From Planctomycetota bacterium (GTDB taxonomy: Bacteria > Planctomycetota > UBA11346), in the NCBI GenBank assembly GCA_038213805.1, contig JBBQSO010000071.1:1-27568 (forward strand): a stretch of DNA of 27,568 nt. Reading direction: 5' to 3'. This document shows positions 26,895 to 27,568 of the stretch, piece after piece; within the stretch, counting starts at the first letter, position 1, and each line of letters begins with the position of its first letter. The position numbers and the translations under genes are program-made. Under the pieces are notes generated by a model. The model was not told where the DNA came from, searched no databases, and saw only the letters and a program-made list of their open reading frames with translations.

Positions 26895-27326
26895 ATGCTG
26901 CGTGGCATCTCACCCCTTCTGTCCCCGGACCTGCTCGCGGTGATGTGCCGCATGGGCCATGGCGACGAGCTGGTGCTCGCCGACGCCCACTTCCCCGGCG
27001 AGTCCTTCAACCCACGCGTGCTGCGCGCCGACGGCCTGCGCATCCCCGCGCTGCTCGACGCCATCCTGCCGCTGCTGGTGCTCGATCCTTACGTCCCCAG
27101 CCCGCTGTTCATGATGCAGGCGGTGCCGGGCGACAGCCTCGATCCCGCGGTCGAACGCAGCTATCGCGTCGCCATCGATCGCCACTGGCCCGCCACGCCG
27201 GCGATCGAGCGCGTCGAGCGCTTCGCCTTCTATGAGCGTGCCCGTGGCGCCTTCGCCGTGGTCATGACCGGCGAGACGGCGAAGTATGGGAATATCATTT
27301 TGAAGAAGGGTGTGACGCCGATTTGA
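26895..27326 (+). CDS. fucU: L-fucose mutarotase (RbsD/FucU family)
   Basis: '[14 protein letters not shown]...[15 protein letters not shown]', 'ERFAFYERA', '[16 protein letters not shown]'. Confidence 0.92.
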   Translation: MLRGISPLLSPDLLAVMCRMGHGDELVLADAHFPGESFNPRVLRADGLRIPALLDAILPLLVLDPYVPSPLFMMQAVPGDSLDPAVERSYRVAIDRHWPATPAIERVERFAFYERARGAFAVVMTGETAKYGNIILKKGVTPI

Positions 27327-27568
27327 GGGGCTGATAGCTGATTGCTCGTCGCCACTTGTCCTGCGAACGAGCCGATGCACAGCGTATCGCCTGCCGTCAA
27401 TAGTGGCCGAAGCCGGTGCGTTCCGCGCCGGCTTCGGCCATCAGCCATCAGCCATCAGCCATCAGCCATCAGCCATCAGCCATCAGCCATCAGCCATCAG
27501 CCATCAGCCATCAGCCATCAGCCATCAGCCATCAGCCATCAGCCATCAGCCATCAGCCATCAGCCATC
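27327..27568. repeat. Element E: degenerate GCTGATG left arm, 17-bp hairpin, then ~19 perfect GCCATCA units running off the window end
   Basis: GGGGCTGATAGCTGATTGCTCGTCGC resembles the left arm of element D; hairpin at 27404-27440; tandem array at 27437-27568. Confidence 0.88.

Overview
GC-rich bacterial window (lineage plausibly Planctomycetota; inferred from gene content, not demonstrated) of mostly housekeeping genes. It holds a MoxR/DUF58/BatA/BatB-type operon, a SIS-domain hexulose-phosphate isomerase, thiC behind a TPP riboswitch, valS, a class I/II aminotransferase, an RRM protein, an ABC exporter, prfB, bshA, a PEGA lipoprotein and fucU. Three things stand out. (1) valS is preceded by an apparently leaderless 13-aa Val-rich leader peptide (MTPQPVPVVVAPR) and mutually exclusive RNA helices, i.e. 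a candidate valine-sensing ribosome-mediated attenuator. (2) A soluble non-RD Ser/Thr kinase sits directly upstream of a CrdS/BgsA-like beta-glucan synthase that lacks a C-terminal c-di-GMP module. It faces a BgsB-like membrane fusion protein with a ~295-aa cytoplasmic N-terminal extension bearing (D/N)-S-T-T-R-like motifs, suggesting a phosphorylation-controlled glucan secretion module. (3) Many intergenic regions carry miniature inverted-repeat elements from at least four families: TAGACCC heptamer arms capped by covarying 7-bp hairpins, AGCCATC heptamer arms, REP-like doublets and a long AT-containing inverted repeat. prfB lacks the usual +1 frameshift site. I found no tRNA, rRNA, CRISPR array or transposase.
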